This document shows positions 18,018 through 28,343 of a stretch of DNA of 64,000 bases, piece after piece; positions within the stretch are counted from its first letter, which is position 1; every line of letters starts with the position of its first letter. The DNA is from Thermoplasmata archaeon (lineage in GTDB: Archaea > Thermoplasmatota > Thermoplasmata > Lutacidiplasmatales > UBA184). Both the position numbers and the translations under genes were made by a program. The DNA lies in assembly GCA_035945215.1 (NCBI GenBank), contig DASZAJ010000002.1, positions 34,129 through 98,128 on the forward strand, in the 5' to 3' direction. The notes beneath the pieces are model-generated. The model saw nothing but the letters and a program-made list of their open reading frames with translations, did not search any database and had not been told where the DNA came from.

Positions 18018-20294
18018 TTACTCGGACGGCGGGGGCCGCTGCGCCCTTCGTCGGTAGAGGAGGCCGGCCGCCGCGGCCGCGGCGATCACGACCGCCGCTA
18101 CGATGATCAGCTCGGTTCCCATGGCGGAAGTGGCCAATCCTCCAGGGGTGCTTGAACTGGAAGTGACCGCCACGTTCTGTGCGGACGAGGCGGTCGCCCC
18201 GAGCGCGTCCGTGACCTCCACATGGAGCGGGAACGTCCCGGTCTTCGAGAACGTGAACGAGGCGGAGGTCGAAGACGCACTGCTCCCATCCGGCAGCGTC
18301 CACTTGATCACGTAGGGGGATTTCCCCCCGGTGACGGTGGCCGACCACGTCCCGACGAATCCGGGCGCCGCGCTCTGCGGCCCGTTGATGTTCACCGAGA
18401 GGCCCGGCGCGACCGCGAGCACCACTTGGCCGGTGGCCGTAACGTTCGCCGCATCCTGGACGCTCAGATGGACCGTGTGCGAGCCCGATGTCGTAAACGT
18501 GTGGTCGACGGTCGGGCCCGTCGCGGTGGCCCCGTCGTCGAAGCTCCAGCTATAGGAGAGCGGGGCGATGCCCCCGGCCACGGTGGCGTTCCAGGCGGTC
18601 GACCAACCGACCTCGGCCGGACCGGGCGGCCCGAAGTGGACCGAGGGAGCGGCGAGGACCGCGATGGTCCGGCTCGCGGTCCCGGTTCCCCCGGCCGTGT
18701 CCCGGACCTGCAGCGACGCCGTATAGGTGCCCGGAGCGGAGTACGCGTGGACCGCACTGGCCGCGGCCGAGTGGCCGCCATCGCCGAACGTCCAGGCGAA
18801 ACTCGGCCCGCCGGAGCCCCCTGAGCTCGAGCCCGAGAAAGCGATCCCGACGCCCACGTCCTCCCGGGCCGGGGTCGCCGCGATCGACGCGATCGGACCG
18901 ACCACCACCCGGATCGCCGAGGCGCCGGCCGCCGAGCTCCCCGCACCGTCCGTCACATTGACCGAGATGGTGTACGATCCCGGCGCGCCGTACGAATGGC
19001 TCCCGGGATTCCCACTGGAGGTGGTGCCGTCGCCCCAGCTCCAGGCGAGGGTGCGCGCCGGCTCGCCCCCGACCGCCGCGGCTTGGAAGTTCACGAGCTC
19101 GCCGGCTTCGGCGCTGGCCGGCCCGGTGATGTTGGTAACGGTGAGGGGGAGCGAGAGGACGTCCGTCGTGCTGTACTGGTTCCATCCCCCCGCGACGACG
19201 AAGGAGTGCTCGACCGGATCCCACGCCGAGACCCCGTAAACGTGGAAGTTGGGTTGGCCGGACGCTCCCTGGGCGAGCCAGGCGGTCCCGTTGAACCACC
19301 ACGTGCCCGTGCTCGCGACCTGGGCGCTGGTCATACCGCCGGTGAGGACGATCCGGCCCAGGTCCGTATCGTACCCGACCGCGGGGGCGCAGAGTCCGGT
19401 AGGTCCCCCCGACGGGACGGCGACGTGGGTCCACGAGCCCCCCGTGAAGGTCCAGGTGTCCCCGATGCACTGGGAGAGTCCGTTGAGGCCGCTATACAGG
19501 ACAATGTCGTGGTGGGTCGAGTCGTACGCCAAGGAGGCCCAGGTTCGCACCGGGGGCGGGTTCGTGGCGGCGATCCGGCTCCAGTTTCCGAGCTTGTACA
19601 GCCAAAGGTCATTGAGCAGCGTGCTGCCGGAAGGGTCGGAGTTGTTGTATCCGCCGAAGAGGACCACCCCCCCGAGATCGGGGTCGTAGACCATCGATCC
19701 CGCAAGCCGGGCCGCTGGGGAGGGGTTCAGGTGCGCCGAGGTCCAGGAACCGCCCGAGTAGAACCAGGTAAGGTTCGTGTAGCTGAAGGGGGAATAGGAG
19801 GCGAGGCCGCCGAACATGATGACCCGGTGTTCGAGCGGATCGTAGGCGAGCGCCGGTCCGTCCAGGGGGCCCGGGGACCCCTGGGTCGGTAGAAGGCTCC
19901 AGGCGCCGGCCGAGTAAGCCCAGGTGTCCGCGAGGTTGGTTCCGGCCCAGTTGTCCCCCCCGTAGAACATCATGTACCCGTCCGTAGCGTCCCAGGTCCC
20001 CTCGGTGAACCAGAAGTTGGGGAGCAGGGTCGGACTTTCCGAGGTGATGTTCCACCATCCGGTCACCGGGCCGGTGGCGACGTGGGCCGAGAGCGCGACG
20101 CCGGCGGCGTGGGGGGTTCCCATCGCATGGACCGGGAAGATCCCGGAACCGGCGGATCGACCGGGGGCACCGGCCCCGCCGACGGTAACGGCGTGAAGAG
20201 CGGGCGAGAGCGCCACCAACCCCCCGGGGGCGAGCATGGCGCCGACGATCGCCAAGACGGCCAACATGCCCCGCACGCGCACCGAGATTCTCAC
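18018..20294 (-). CDS. Surface protein: 6 Kelch-like repeats, PKD domains, C-terminal TM anchor
   Basis: Repeats of YD...LFGG...DTW...W; WSWGDG, WTFGDG and WSFDDG PKD motifs; signal peptide; TM followed by RRR. Confidence 0.9.
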   Translation of the reverse strand: MRISVRVRGMLAVLAIVGAMLAPGGLVALSPALHAVTVGGAGAPGRSAGSGIFPVHAMGTPHAAGVALSAHVATGPVTGWWNITSESPTLLPNFWFTEGTWDATDGYMMFYGGDNWAGTNLADTWAYSAGAWSLLPTQGSPGPLDGPALAYDPLEHRVIMFGGLASYSPFSYTNLTWFYSGGSWTSAHLNPSPAARLAGSMVYDPDLGGVVLFGGYNNSDPSGSTLLNDLWLYKLGNWSRIAATNPPPVRTWASLAYDSTHHDIVLYSGLNGLSQCIGDTWTFTGGSWTHVAVPSGGPTGLCAPAVGYDTDLGRIVLTGGMTSAQVASTGTWWFNGTAWLAQGASGQPNFHVYGVSAWDPVEHSFVVAGGWNQYSTTDVLSLPLTVTNITGPASAEAGELVNFQAAAVGGEPARTLAWSWGDGTTSSGNPGSHSYGAPGSYTISVNVTDGAGSSAAGASAIRVVVGPIASIAATPAREDVGVGIAFSGSSSGGSGGPSFAWTFGDGGHSAAASAVHAYSAPGTYTASLQVRDTAGGTGTASRTIAVLAAPSVHFGPPGPAEVGWSTAWNATVAGGIAPLSYSWSFDDGATATGPTVDHTFTTSGSHTVHLSVQDAANVTATGQVVLAVAPGLSVNINGPQSAAPGFVGTWSATVTGGKSPYVIKWTLPDGSSASSTSASFTFSKTGTFPLHVEVTDALGATASSAQNVAVTSSSSTPGGLATSAMGTELIIVAAVVIAAAAAAGLLYRRRAQRPPPSE

Positions 20295-20421
20295 GGTTCG
20301 GACCCGGCGGTCCGACCGGTTCTAGTTAAAAAAAACCGAGGTGGAATTACTGGCCGACCGTAGGGGGTACCGGCCCCCCGGCGGTCGACCGTGCCCCCCG
20401 AGGGCCGACGGCGTCCTTCCC

Positions 20422-21192
20422 TCACGCGGCGTTTCGAAGATCCTCCGGGGCCCAGGCGACGAACCGTCCTCGCCAATCGCTCGCCAGCCGTCGTCGGTCC
20501 AGGGGAGGGTCGGTGTACATCCGTCGCACGATCTCCGCGTGGACGGGAGCGGGTATCGACCCGAGTCCGAAGGCGAACGTTTCGAGCACCGCGAGCCGTT
20601 CGTCGAGCGTGAGGTCCGTGAGCGACGGCGCCGGGATGACACGCACCACCTTGGGGGGGGCGATCGCTCGCAATTGGCGAAGGGTGTGTTCGTACCGCCG
20701 CGCCCGTTCGGGGACCGGATGGCCGAGCTCGGCGGCCATCTTGCGGTAGCGCTCCCGGAGCTCTCGGGAGGCCCGTCCGGCCTGCCACTCGGCCCAATCG
20801 GAGACGAGGACGACGACGGTGCGGCGACTCACCCGGCCCAGCTCGGCGAGCGCCGCGCGCGGATCCGGCACGAGCTGCAGGACGTTCGCCATGAACGCGG
20901 CGTCCACGGCCCGATCGGGGAGGGGCAGGCGGTGGACGTCCGCGCGCAGCAGGGTCCCGACCCCTTTCCGACGCGCCACCCGGATCATCCCCATCGAGAG
21001 ATCGACGCCGATCACCGAGTACTGGCGCGCCCCCAGGGCGAGGGCGAAACGTCCCGTACCGACCCCCGCGTCGAGGATCGTCGTGCAACCATCGAGCAGG
21101 CCCTCGAGGGTCCCCAGCTCCTCCGGCGAGGGCGCAGGCCGGATCCTATCGTAGAACGGAGCGACCTCGTCGAATTCGGCCCGGGCCGCCAT
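20422..21192 (-). CDS. Class I SAM-dependent methyltransferase
   Basis: ILDAGVGTG, GVDLSMGM and ADVHRLP motifs. Confidence 0.88.
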   Translation of the reverse strand: MAARAEFDEVAPFYDRIRPAPSPEELGTLEGLLDGCTTILDAGVGTGRFALALGARQYSVIGVDLSMGMIRVARRKGVGTLLRADVHRLPLPDRAVDAAFMANVLQLVPDPRAALAELGRVSRRTVVVLVSDWAEWQAGRASRELRERYRKMAAELGHPVPERARRYEHTLRQLRAIAPPKVVRVIPAPSLTDLTLDERLAVLETFAFGLGSIPAPVHAEIVRRMYTDPPLDRRRLASDWRGRFVAWAPEDLRNAA

Positions 21193-21535
21193 CCGAGGGG
21201 GTATCCCGTTCCCCTACACGAATCTTGGGTTCTCCGGCGTCGACGTTGGAGTCGGGGCCCGGCGTCCGAGGATGCCCGCAGCAGCCACGCCAGTCTTCTC
21301 GGCCCCGACGTTCGCGGGTCCGATCAGACCGGGGTCTGCCCTTTCGAACGGGTCCGGCCGAAGCCTCTGTCGCAGATCCGGATCCACCGGAGGGACGGCG
21401 AAGCGCGCGGACGACCTCCCCATGGGGGCCCCGAATGCTCCCGGCGAGTCCTCGGTTCCTCCGTACGGAGCTGATCGGGAGAGCCAAAGGCACCCGTGCG
21501 ATCACGGGCCGGGGCCTGGATCGGATCCCGCCGGG

Positions 21536-22246
21536 TCAGCTGTCGCGTTGCGACCACTGCCGCACGACCCGTTCGCCGGCCTCGGTCAGGGAGAGATCCG
21601 GCCGATCCTCCACGATCTCGACGTAGCCTTCCGAGATCGCCCATTCCTTGATGGGGACGAGTTGGGGCGAGATCTCCGAGAGGCTCGGGAAAACGAACAA
21701 TTGGAGCAGCCGGACCGCCGGGTGTTGGGACTTCGAGAGGGCGATATGGGAGTGGTGCGCCCCGAGGGACCGTACTACTTCGACCGCGCGGTCCCCGGCG
21801 ATGGTCGGGAGTCCGTACGGGCACAGGAATCGGGAGTTCTCGTTCGGCTGGTCCTGGAACCAAGCCTCGTATTCGAGGTGGTCGGAGATGCAGCCGGGGG
21901 TCCAGTACTGGGTGATGGTCTCGCCGGCGGCCGTCACGCCGTCCGGATGAAGGGCCAGAAACGACCGGACCTCCGCGGCGGGTCGCAGGCGTCCCTCCGC
22001 CCGCTCGACCTGTTCGTGGTCGAGGATCGCCACGCACCCCAGCTGGCCCGGGGACCGCGAGGCGAGCGCCGCCTCGTAGAAGCGCTTCTGTTCGTCGCTC
22101 GTCACCCAATACGTGGCGGCTTGCCCCGCGGGGGCCCCGGCGAGGAAGGCGATTGCGTGTTCGCGGGCCTCGAGCCGATCCACGTGGAAGCTAAGGCAAT
22201 GCGAGCCGGCGGGCAGCTCCTCGAGGGCATCGATGACGACGGGCAT
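21536..22246 (-). CDS. MEDS-like sensory domain protein with a short wHTH-like tail
   Basis: GSHCLSFH, LEYEAWF, FLCPY and HHSH are MEDS-like; the C-terminus reads LSLTEAGERVVRQW. Confidence 0.65.
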   Translation of the reverse strand: MPVVIDALEELPAGSHCLSFHVDRLEAREHAIAFLAGAPAGQAATYWVTSDEQKRFYEAALASRSPGQLGCVAILDHEQVERAEGRLRPAAEVRSFLALHPDGVTAAGETITQYWTPGCISDHLEYEAWFQDQPNENSRFLCPYGLPTIAGDRAVEVVRSLGAHHSHIALSKSQHPAVRLLQLFVFPSLSEISPQLVPIKEWAISEGYVEIVEDRPDLSLTEAGERVVRQWSQRDS

Positions 22247-22499
22247 CTCGGCGCCTTGGGTACTTGGTCCAGCCCTCGGTAAATACCCTCCGGGCCGGGG
22301 AGGGCCACCGGCGGGGTCACCCGACTTCGCTCCCGGATCGTCCAACGCGGGGTCGGGGCGCTTCCAGCGCGCCGATAGGTCGCGAGACGACGAAGAGGCG
22401 GACGGGCGGGGACGACTCGCCTCCCGACCTTCGCGGGAGCGGGTCCTCTAACCTCCGGGACGGACCGAGGAATCCCTCGACGGGCGACCCGGCGGGAGC

Positions 22500-22907
22500 T
22501 CAGCGGACCCGCATTCGGTTGTTCTTGGGCTGGTGCTCGACTTCCGCCCAGCCGAGCGCCTCCATCACGGGGGGCACGTAGTTCGCGAACCGGCCCCGGA
22601 GGCCTTTCTTCATCCCATACCAGCCACCGACCGGATTCGATGGCGCCCTCGCCCAGGCTTCAACGGTGCCGGGCGTGGCCGGCTTTTGCTCGTCCGCGCT
22701 CCCGAGGGGCATCCAATCCCCATGCGATCGGAGCATCGTTCGGAGGTCCTCGAGGCACCTCAATTGGTACTGGAGCGTCGTGCTCCCCACCGTCACGACC
22801 AGCGCCGGCGGCACGGCCCCCTCGTCCCGGTACGCTTGGAATTCGGATAGACCGCTCGGCGTCTTGAGTTCCCAAGGCTTCTCCCGGGTGCCCGATCCTT
22901 TCGACAT
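22500..22907 (-). CDS. Conserved small protein, probably DUF6855-like
   Basis: GT...PWELKTP, LGSADEQKPA..GTVEAWAR...NPVGGWYG.KKGLRGRF recalled from a conserved bacterial family. Confidence 0.7.
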   Translation of the reverse strand: MSKGSGTREKPWELKTPSGLSEFQAYRDEGAVPPALVVTVGSTTLQYQLRCLEDLRTMLRSHGDWMPLGSADEQKPATPGTVEAWARAPSNPVGGWYGMKKGLRGRFANYVPPVMEALGWAEVEHQPKNNRMRVR

Positions 22908-23111
22908 CCTGAGCGGACCGGGAGTCCGGGTATTAGAACCCAGATGTTACAGGGTTAACCCGACGGGAGGGAGCCCTCACCGAGGGCGGGCGTGTCCGAC
23001 GGTCCTTCGACGTATGTTTACGGAGATCGGGCCGGGGACGGCCTCCCCCCTTCGTCCATCGAGGGGGCTGGACGGGGCGGAGTCGAGGTCTCCGAACGGT
23101 CGAGGCCGGCC

Positions 23112-24233
23112 TCAGGTCCCCTGCAGGGCCTGGCGAAGATCGTCGATGAGGTCCTCCGGATGTTCGAGCCCGACGGAGAGGCGCAGGAGGTTCTGGGGCG
23201 TGGTGGAGTCCGGACCCTCGGCCGAGGCCCGGTGCTCGATGAGGCTCTCGACCCCGCCGAGGCTCGTCGCATTGACGAACAGCTTGACCCGGCCGGCGAC
23301 CTTGAGCGCCGCCGTCCGGCCCCCGCGGACCCGCAACGACAGCATCCCCCCGAATGCGGACATCTGTTGCCGGGCGACTTCGTGCCCCGGGTGGGCGGCC
23401 AGGCCGGGGTAATGGATGGCCTCCACACCGGGAGCCCCTTCGAAGGCGGTGACGATCGCCATCGCGTTGGCCGAATGCTGCGGCATCCGGACCGCGAGCG
23501 TCCGAAGGCCCCGGAGGATCAACCAGGAGTTGAACGGGGACCCGACGGCCCCGAGCACCCGACGGATCTGCTGTAGCGGCACGACCGATTCGTGAGACTT
23601 TCCCACCAGGGCGCCTCCCTGAACGTCGCTATGCCCGCCACAGTACTTCGTGGTCGAGTGCAAGACCCAATCCGCCCCGAGGGAGATCGGCTGTTGGAGG
23701 ATCGGCGTGGCGAACGTATTGTCGACAAGCAGTTGCGCGCCGGATCGGTGGGCCAGGTCGGATAGCTTCCGAAGGTCCAGGATCTGCAGGAGCGGGTTCG
23801 AAGGCGTCTCGGCCCAGACCAGTTTGGTGGCGGGGCGCAGCGCCCCGGCCGCGGCGTCCAGGTCCGTGAGATCCGCGAAGGAGCTGTCGATCCCCCAGTG
23901 CGGGAGGAAGTCCCGGGCGAGCGTCCGCAGGGCGTGATAGATATCCGTCGCGAACAGAACGTGGGAACCGCGGGGCAAGCTCTGCAGAGCCGCCGCCGCG
24001 GCGGCCATGCCGGACCCGAAGACGACGCTGGCGCCCCCGCCTTCGAGATCCGCGAGGGCTGTCTCCAGCCGGGTCTGGATCGGATTACCGTCCCGGATGT
24101 AGTGGAAGCCCTGCGCGGCTTCGTACGACGGAGCGTGTTCGAACGTGGTGGACAGCGACAGCGGGGGGGCGATCGCCCCGGTGGAACGGTCCACCTCGCC
24201 TCCGGAATGGACGGCCAGCGTCTCGCGCCTCAT
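23112..24233 (-). CDS. PLP-dependent trans-sulfuration enzyme (cystathionine gamma-synthase/lyase family)
   Basis: HSTTKYCGGHSD PLP-lysine motif, ETPSNP, DNTFATP, SLGGVESL and RLSVGLE. Confidence 0.93.
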   Translation of the reverse strand: MRRETLAVHSGGEVDRSTGAIAPPLSLSTTFEHAPSYEAAQGFHYIRDGNPIQTRLETALADLEGGGASVVFGSGMAAAAAALQSLPRGSHVLFATDIYHALRTLARDFLPHWGIDSSFADLTDLDAAAGALRPATKLVWAETPSNPLLQILDLRKLSDLAHRSGAQLLVDNTFATPILQQPISLGADWVLHSTTKYCGGHSDVQGGALVGKSHESVVPLQQIRRVLGAVGSPFNSWLILRGLRTLAVRMPQHSANAMAIVTAFEGAPGVEAIHYPGLAAHPGHEVARQQMSAFGGMLSLRVRGGRTAALKVAGRVKLFVNATSLGGVESLIEHRASAEGPDSTTPQNLLRLSVGLEHPEDLIDDLRQALQGT

Positions 24234-24645
24234 GTATCATCGCTCGGCATGATCCCCCACGACGACGTCGGCCCCTAAGGCCGTTGGCCCGGTTCGTCGG
24301 ATCCGAGCGGAGGCCCGGAACGCACCATGGGCGCCGAACCGGGCCACGTCGGGCCGTCGACGGGGCCCACGTTCGCCGCGACCACAATGGCTACATGGGT
24401 GGCTCGCCATGAAACCGATGATGGTCGGCGGCTAGGACGCCGACCAGCGGACCGGACGAAGGGAATCTCTGGTCAGGTCTGAAAATGGTGTTCGGACTCC
24501 TGGGAAGACCGCCGGGCCCCGAAGGGTTCGCTCGGGGTGGTCCCTGCGCCCCCACGAAGGGCCCGCCGACCGGCTCCGAAGGCGAGGCCGCCCCTCCCCG
24601 AGCGTCCCGGAGCGCTCACGTCCCTCGGGGACGGGGGCGCAACCC

Positions 24646-26040
24646 ATGACGCTCGCCTCATCCCGATCCCTCCCCCTGGTGCTCGGATGGGGGCTCGCGC
24701 TCGGCGCGGTGTTCGTCCTTCTTCTCTCCTCGCTCCTAGGGCCCGGGGAGGAACCGATCGGCCTGACGGGGCCCGGTTTCATCCTGCTGTCCGCGATCCT
24801 GGTGGCGGTCGTCGCCGCCCTGCTCACCGTCGTCATGCTCCGGAGGTTGCGGGAGGCCCAGGAGGACGAGGAGGCCCAGCTCCTGCTCGATCTCGCCCGA
24901 GGCACGCTGCTCCTGATCGACGAAGGCGGGACGGTCCGGTACGCCAACCACCGGGTCCTGTCCCTTCTGGGATACACCGTCCGGGAGGTGGTCGGCGCGC
25001 CGTTGGCCGGCCTCGTCGAGCCAGGATCGATCGGACCCTTGAACGCCTACCTCGATCGGCCCCGCGGGGCAGGTGAACTCCCGGCCCTCGATATCCGGGG
25101 CCGTCGCAAGGACGGGACCTCGATCCCCTTGCAGGCGGCCGGGTATTCGGCATCCCTGCACGGCCGGCGGCTCGCCGGCGTCCACCTGCGCGACATGACC
25201 GAACGCGATGAATTGGTCCAAGCGCTCGCCGATCGGGCCGCGGAGCTCGCCCGCTCGAACCGGGACTTGGAGCAGTTCGCCTACGTCGCCTCGCACGACC
25301 TCCAAGAGCCGTTGCGGATGGTGGGCAGCTACACTCAGCTCATCCAGAAACGGTACCGAGGGCGGGTCCTCGACGCCGAGGCGGGCGAGTTCCTCGGCTA
25401 TGCCCAGGAAGGGGCGACCCGGATGCGTCAGATGATCGAGAATCTCCTCGCGTATTCGCGCCTCGGCACCCAGGGGAACCCGTTCCGGCCGCTCTCCTTG
25501 GAGGAGGTCTTCGCGGTCGCGATCCGGAACCTCCAAGGCCCCATCACGGCCTCCGGGGCGAAGGTGACCCATGGGAAACTGCCCTCGATCGACGGGGACT
25601 TCTCCCAACTCGTCCAACTGTTCCAAAACCTGATCGCGAACGCGATCAAGTTCCGGGGCCCCGGCAGCGTCGAGATCGCCGTGACGGCGGAGCGGACCGG
25701 ATCGGATTGGCTGATCGCCGTCCGGGACAACGGGATCGGGATCGCGCCGGAGCAACAGGACAAGATCTTCGTCATCTTCCACCGGCTCCACCGCCGGGAG
25801 GAGTACCCCGGGTCGGGGATCGGGCTCGCCACCTGCAAGAAGGTCGTCGAGCGCCACGGCGGACGCATCTGGGTCGAGAGCACCGGTACGCCCGGCGCGG
25901 GCACCACCTTCTCCTTCACGCTCCCCGCCGGGCACCGGGTCGGCGGCCCGGTCGCTCCGAGAGCTCCGGCGCCGCCGGCGAGCGAGCAGGCCGAACAGGC
26001 CCGCACGCTGATCGAAGAGCGGTTGGCCGAGCTCATCTAG
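24646..26040 (+). CDS. Membrane PAS sensor histidine kinase (Cph1-like transmitter)
   Basis: Two TM helices, PAS domain, FAYVASHDLQEPLR H-box, NLIANAIKF, DNGIGI and GSGIGL. Confidence 0.93.
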   Translation: MTLASSRSLPLVLGWGLALGAVFVLLLSSLLGPGEEPIGLTGPGFILLSAILVAVVAALLTVVMLRRLREAQEDEEAQLLLDLARGTLLLIDEGGTVRYANHRVLSLLGYTVREVVGAPLAGLVEPGSIGPLNAYLDRPRGAGELPALDIRGRRKDGTSIPLQAAGYSASLHGRRLAGVHLRDMTERDELVQALADRAAELARSNRDLEQFAYVASHDLQEPLRMVGSYTQLIQKRYRGRVLDAEAGEFLGYAQEGATRMRQMIENLLAYSRLGTQGNPFRPLSLEEVFAVAIRNLQGPITASGAKVTHGKLPSIDGDFSQLVQLFQNLIANAIKFRGPGSVEIAVTAERTGSDWLIAVRDNGIGIAPEQQDKIFVIFHRLHRREEYPGSGIGLATCKKVVERHGGRIWVESTGTPGAGTTFSFTLPAGHRVGGPVAPRAPAPPASEQAEQARTLIEERLAELI

Positions 26041-26170
26041 ACCGATCCGCCCGGGGGGCCGGAGAGGGCGACCCCGGGGGAGCCGAATCGCGCGACGCTC
26101 GGCCGCCCCCAATCGCGAGCGAGCAGTTCTATATTCCCCGCGGCTATCTTCCCACGGCGGACGCCGATCG

Positions 26171-26611
26171 ATGCGAGAGTACCCAGCCCCGTTGCACATC
26201 CTTCTCGCCGAGGACAACCCGGCGGACGTCCGCTTGATGCGCGAGCTGCTCAAGGAATCGACGATCGTCACCGAGCTGCACGTGGTGTCCGACGGGGAGG
26301 AAGCGGTCGCGTACATGCGAAAGCGGGGCAAGTACGTCGACGCCCCACGGCCCAATCTCGTCCTGCTCGATCTGAACATGCCCAAGCGCGACGGCCGCTC
26401 CGTCCTCCGGGAGGTCAAGGCCGATCCGGAGCTCAAGCGGATCCCGGTGATCGTGCTGACCACCTCCGGAGCGGAAGAGGACATCCGACAGTCCTACGAT
26501 GCCCACGCCAACTGCTACGTCCGGAAACCCACCGACTTCGCCGATTTCCAAACGATCTTCCAAAAATTCGAGACGTTCTGGTTCACCGCGGCGGAAATTC
26601 CTACCACCTGA
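26171..26611 (+). CDS. Stand-alone response regulator (Rcp1-like)
   Basis: LLAEDNPAD, LLDLNMP, VLTTS and YVRKP. Confidence 0.92.
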   Translation: MREYPAPLHILLAEDNPADVRLMRELLKESTIVTELHVVSDGEEAVAYMRKRGKYVDAPRPNLVLLDLNMPKRDGRSVLREVKADPELKRIPVIVLTTSGAEEDIRQSYDAHANCYVRKPTDFADFQTIFQKFETFWFTAAEIPTT

Positions 26612-26633
26612 CGGGGGGGAGCCCCGAAGGAGC

Positions 26634-27857
26634 ATGGAGGAGGGGATCCGAGTCCTCTTGGTCGAGGACAGCCCCGGCGACGCGCGGCTCGTCGGCGTCT
26701 TGCTGGAGGAGGAACCCGGCGGCCCATTCCACCTCGAGGTGGCGGGAACGATCGCCGACGCGCTGCGGCGGATGCAGCGCTCGGGCGTCGATATCGTCCT
26801 GCTGGACCGGCAGCTCCCGGACAGTCTGGCGTGGGAGGGCCTTCGCGCGATCCGCCAGAACGCCCCCCGGGTGCCCGTCGTGGTCCTGACCGGTTCGGTC
26901 GACCCGCGGATCTCCTTCGAAGCCGCCGAGAACGGGGCCCAGGACTGCCATGTGAAGGGCGTTTTTCCGAGCGGCGTCCTCGGTCGGACGATCGTCTCGT
27001 CGATCGTCCGCCACCAGACCGAAGAACGGCTGGCGCAGGGGCGCGACCTCGACTCCCGACTGAAGGAGGCCCTCGGCAAGATCCCGGAGGGCCTGGCCGT
27101 CTTCGAGGGTCCGTCGATCACGTACCTCAATCCGTCGTTCACGGAAGTCACCGGATTCACGCTCGACGAACTGCGTCGACCCCCCCCTTGGCTGCGGCGC
27201 GTCAGCGAACCGCCCCCCACGGGCGCCCCGGCCTCCGCCTCGGGATTGGGCCCCGCGCGATTCGATCACGGGGATTTCTTCCTCGACCGCAAGGACGGGA
27301 GCACGGTCGATATCGAGTACGTGGCGAAGTCGTTCGGGCGGGGGCCGGGCTCCCGGACCCTGCTGTGGCTGCGCGTCGTCGCCGCCGCGGGCGGACCTCC
27401 CCCGCCGGCCGAATCCTCGCCCATCCCGGTCGGGGTCCCACCCAAGGAAGTCCCGCGGGCGGTCCGGTCCGGGCGCCCCCATGGGCCGACGCCGGCCCCC
27501 CCGGGTTCCTCGCTCGATGCCGCCACGTGGGTGCGATTGCGGGAACTGGCGGGCACCTCGCCGACGTTCCTCCCCTTGCTGGTGGCGAACTTCTTGGCCG
27601 AGGGCCGGGCCCTATTGCGCCAACTGGACACTTCGTTGCGGAGCCTCGACATCCCTTCGGTCCGACGCGCCGCGCACACGCTGGCGGCCTCGAGCGCCCA
27701 GGTCGGCGCCTTCCAACTTCAATTGCTCTGCCAGCGCCTGGAAACGCCGGACGAAGGTTCGGCCGACGCGGACCAGGCGAGCGCGCTGGTCCAGGAGGTG
27801 GCGCGCGAGTTCGCCCACGTGGTGACCGAGATCGACAAGCTGCGGATCGAACCGTAA
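26634..27857 (+). CDS. REC-PAS-Hpt phosphorelay protein
   Basis: VLLVEDS...LLDRQLP receiver; PAS-like YLNPSFTEVTGF...RKDGS; C-terminal AAHTLAASSAQVGA Hpt-like motif. Confidence 0.82.
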   Translation: MEEGIRVLLVEDSPGDARLVGVLLEEEPGGPFHLEVAGTIADALRRMQRSGVDIVLLDRQLPDSLAWEGLRAIRQNAPRVPVVVLTGSVDPRISFEAAENGAQDCHVKGVFPSGVLGRTIVSSIVRHQTEERLAQGRDLDSRLKEALGKIPEGLAVFEGPSITYLNPSFTEVTGFTLDELRRPPPWLRRVSEPPPTGAPASASGLGPARFDHGDFFLDRKDGSTVDIEYVAKSFGRGPGSRTLLWLRVVAAAGGPPPPAESSPIPVGVPPKEVPRAVRSGRPHGPTPAPPGSSLDAATWVRLRELAGTSPTFLPLLVANFLAEGRALLRQLDTSLRSLDIPSVRRAAHTLAASSAQVGAFQLQLLCQRLETPDEGSADADQASALVQEVAREFAHVVTEIDKLRIEP

Positions 27858-27893
27858 CCGACGGCGGTGCACGCCGCCCGAACGAGCTCGGCG

Positions 27894-28343
27894 TCAGCGG
27901 GGGGGCGCGTCGAGCGACCGCAGGACCGCCCCGATCACCTCGAGGTCGATCGGCTTCTCGACGAGCCGGGTCGCCCCCTCGGCGAGCAGCTCCTGGACCC
28001 TCGGATCCTCGGGAGGGTTGCCCGTGCACAGGACGATCCGGACCGCCGGATTCCGATCGCGCATGTGCCGTACGGCGGCGTCGCCGACGGACCGGTGGGC
28101 GGCGGGCCCCGTCAGGTAGTCGAGGAAGCTCCCCGGTCCCGAGCGGCTCGGGCGACCCTCGGGGAGACTGATGTCCAGGAAGACCACGTCGGGGTGGACC
28201 TCGTCGAACAGCTCCACGGCCTCGTGGAAGGACTCGGCGTCCCAGATGTGGTCCGGGTCGACCTGATGGCGAACGAGCGCCTGCGTGAGCATGAGCCGGA
28301 TGACTGGGGAGTCGTCGACGATCAGGAAGTTGAGCGTCGTCAT
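27894..28343 (-). CDS. Stand-alone receiver-domain protein with an internal insertion
   Basis: FLIVDDS, VFLDISLP, VLCTG and EKP. Confidence 0.85.
   Translation of the reverse strand: MTTLNFLIVDDSPVIRLMLTQALVRHQVDPDHIWDAESFHEAVELFDEVHPDVVFLDISLPEGRPSRSGPGSFLDYLTGPAAHRSVGDAAVRHMRDRNPAVRIVLCTGNPPEDPRVQELLAEGATRLVEKPIDLEVIGAVLRSLDAPPR

Noticed and set aside
24736-26484. 582-aa minus-strand ORF and similar long antisense ORFs over genes elsewhere
   Set aside because: It lies antisense to the well-supported kinase and REC genes and has no recognisable motifs of its own.
24646-26611. Phytochrome (Cph1/Rcp1) light sensor
   Set aside because: Only the transmitter and receiver are similar. There is no GAF/PHY chromophore module.
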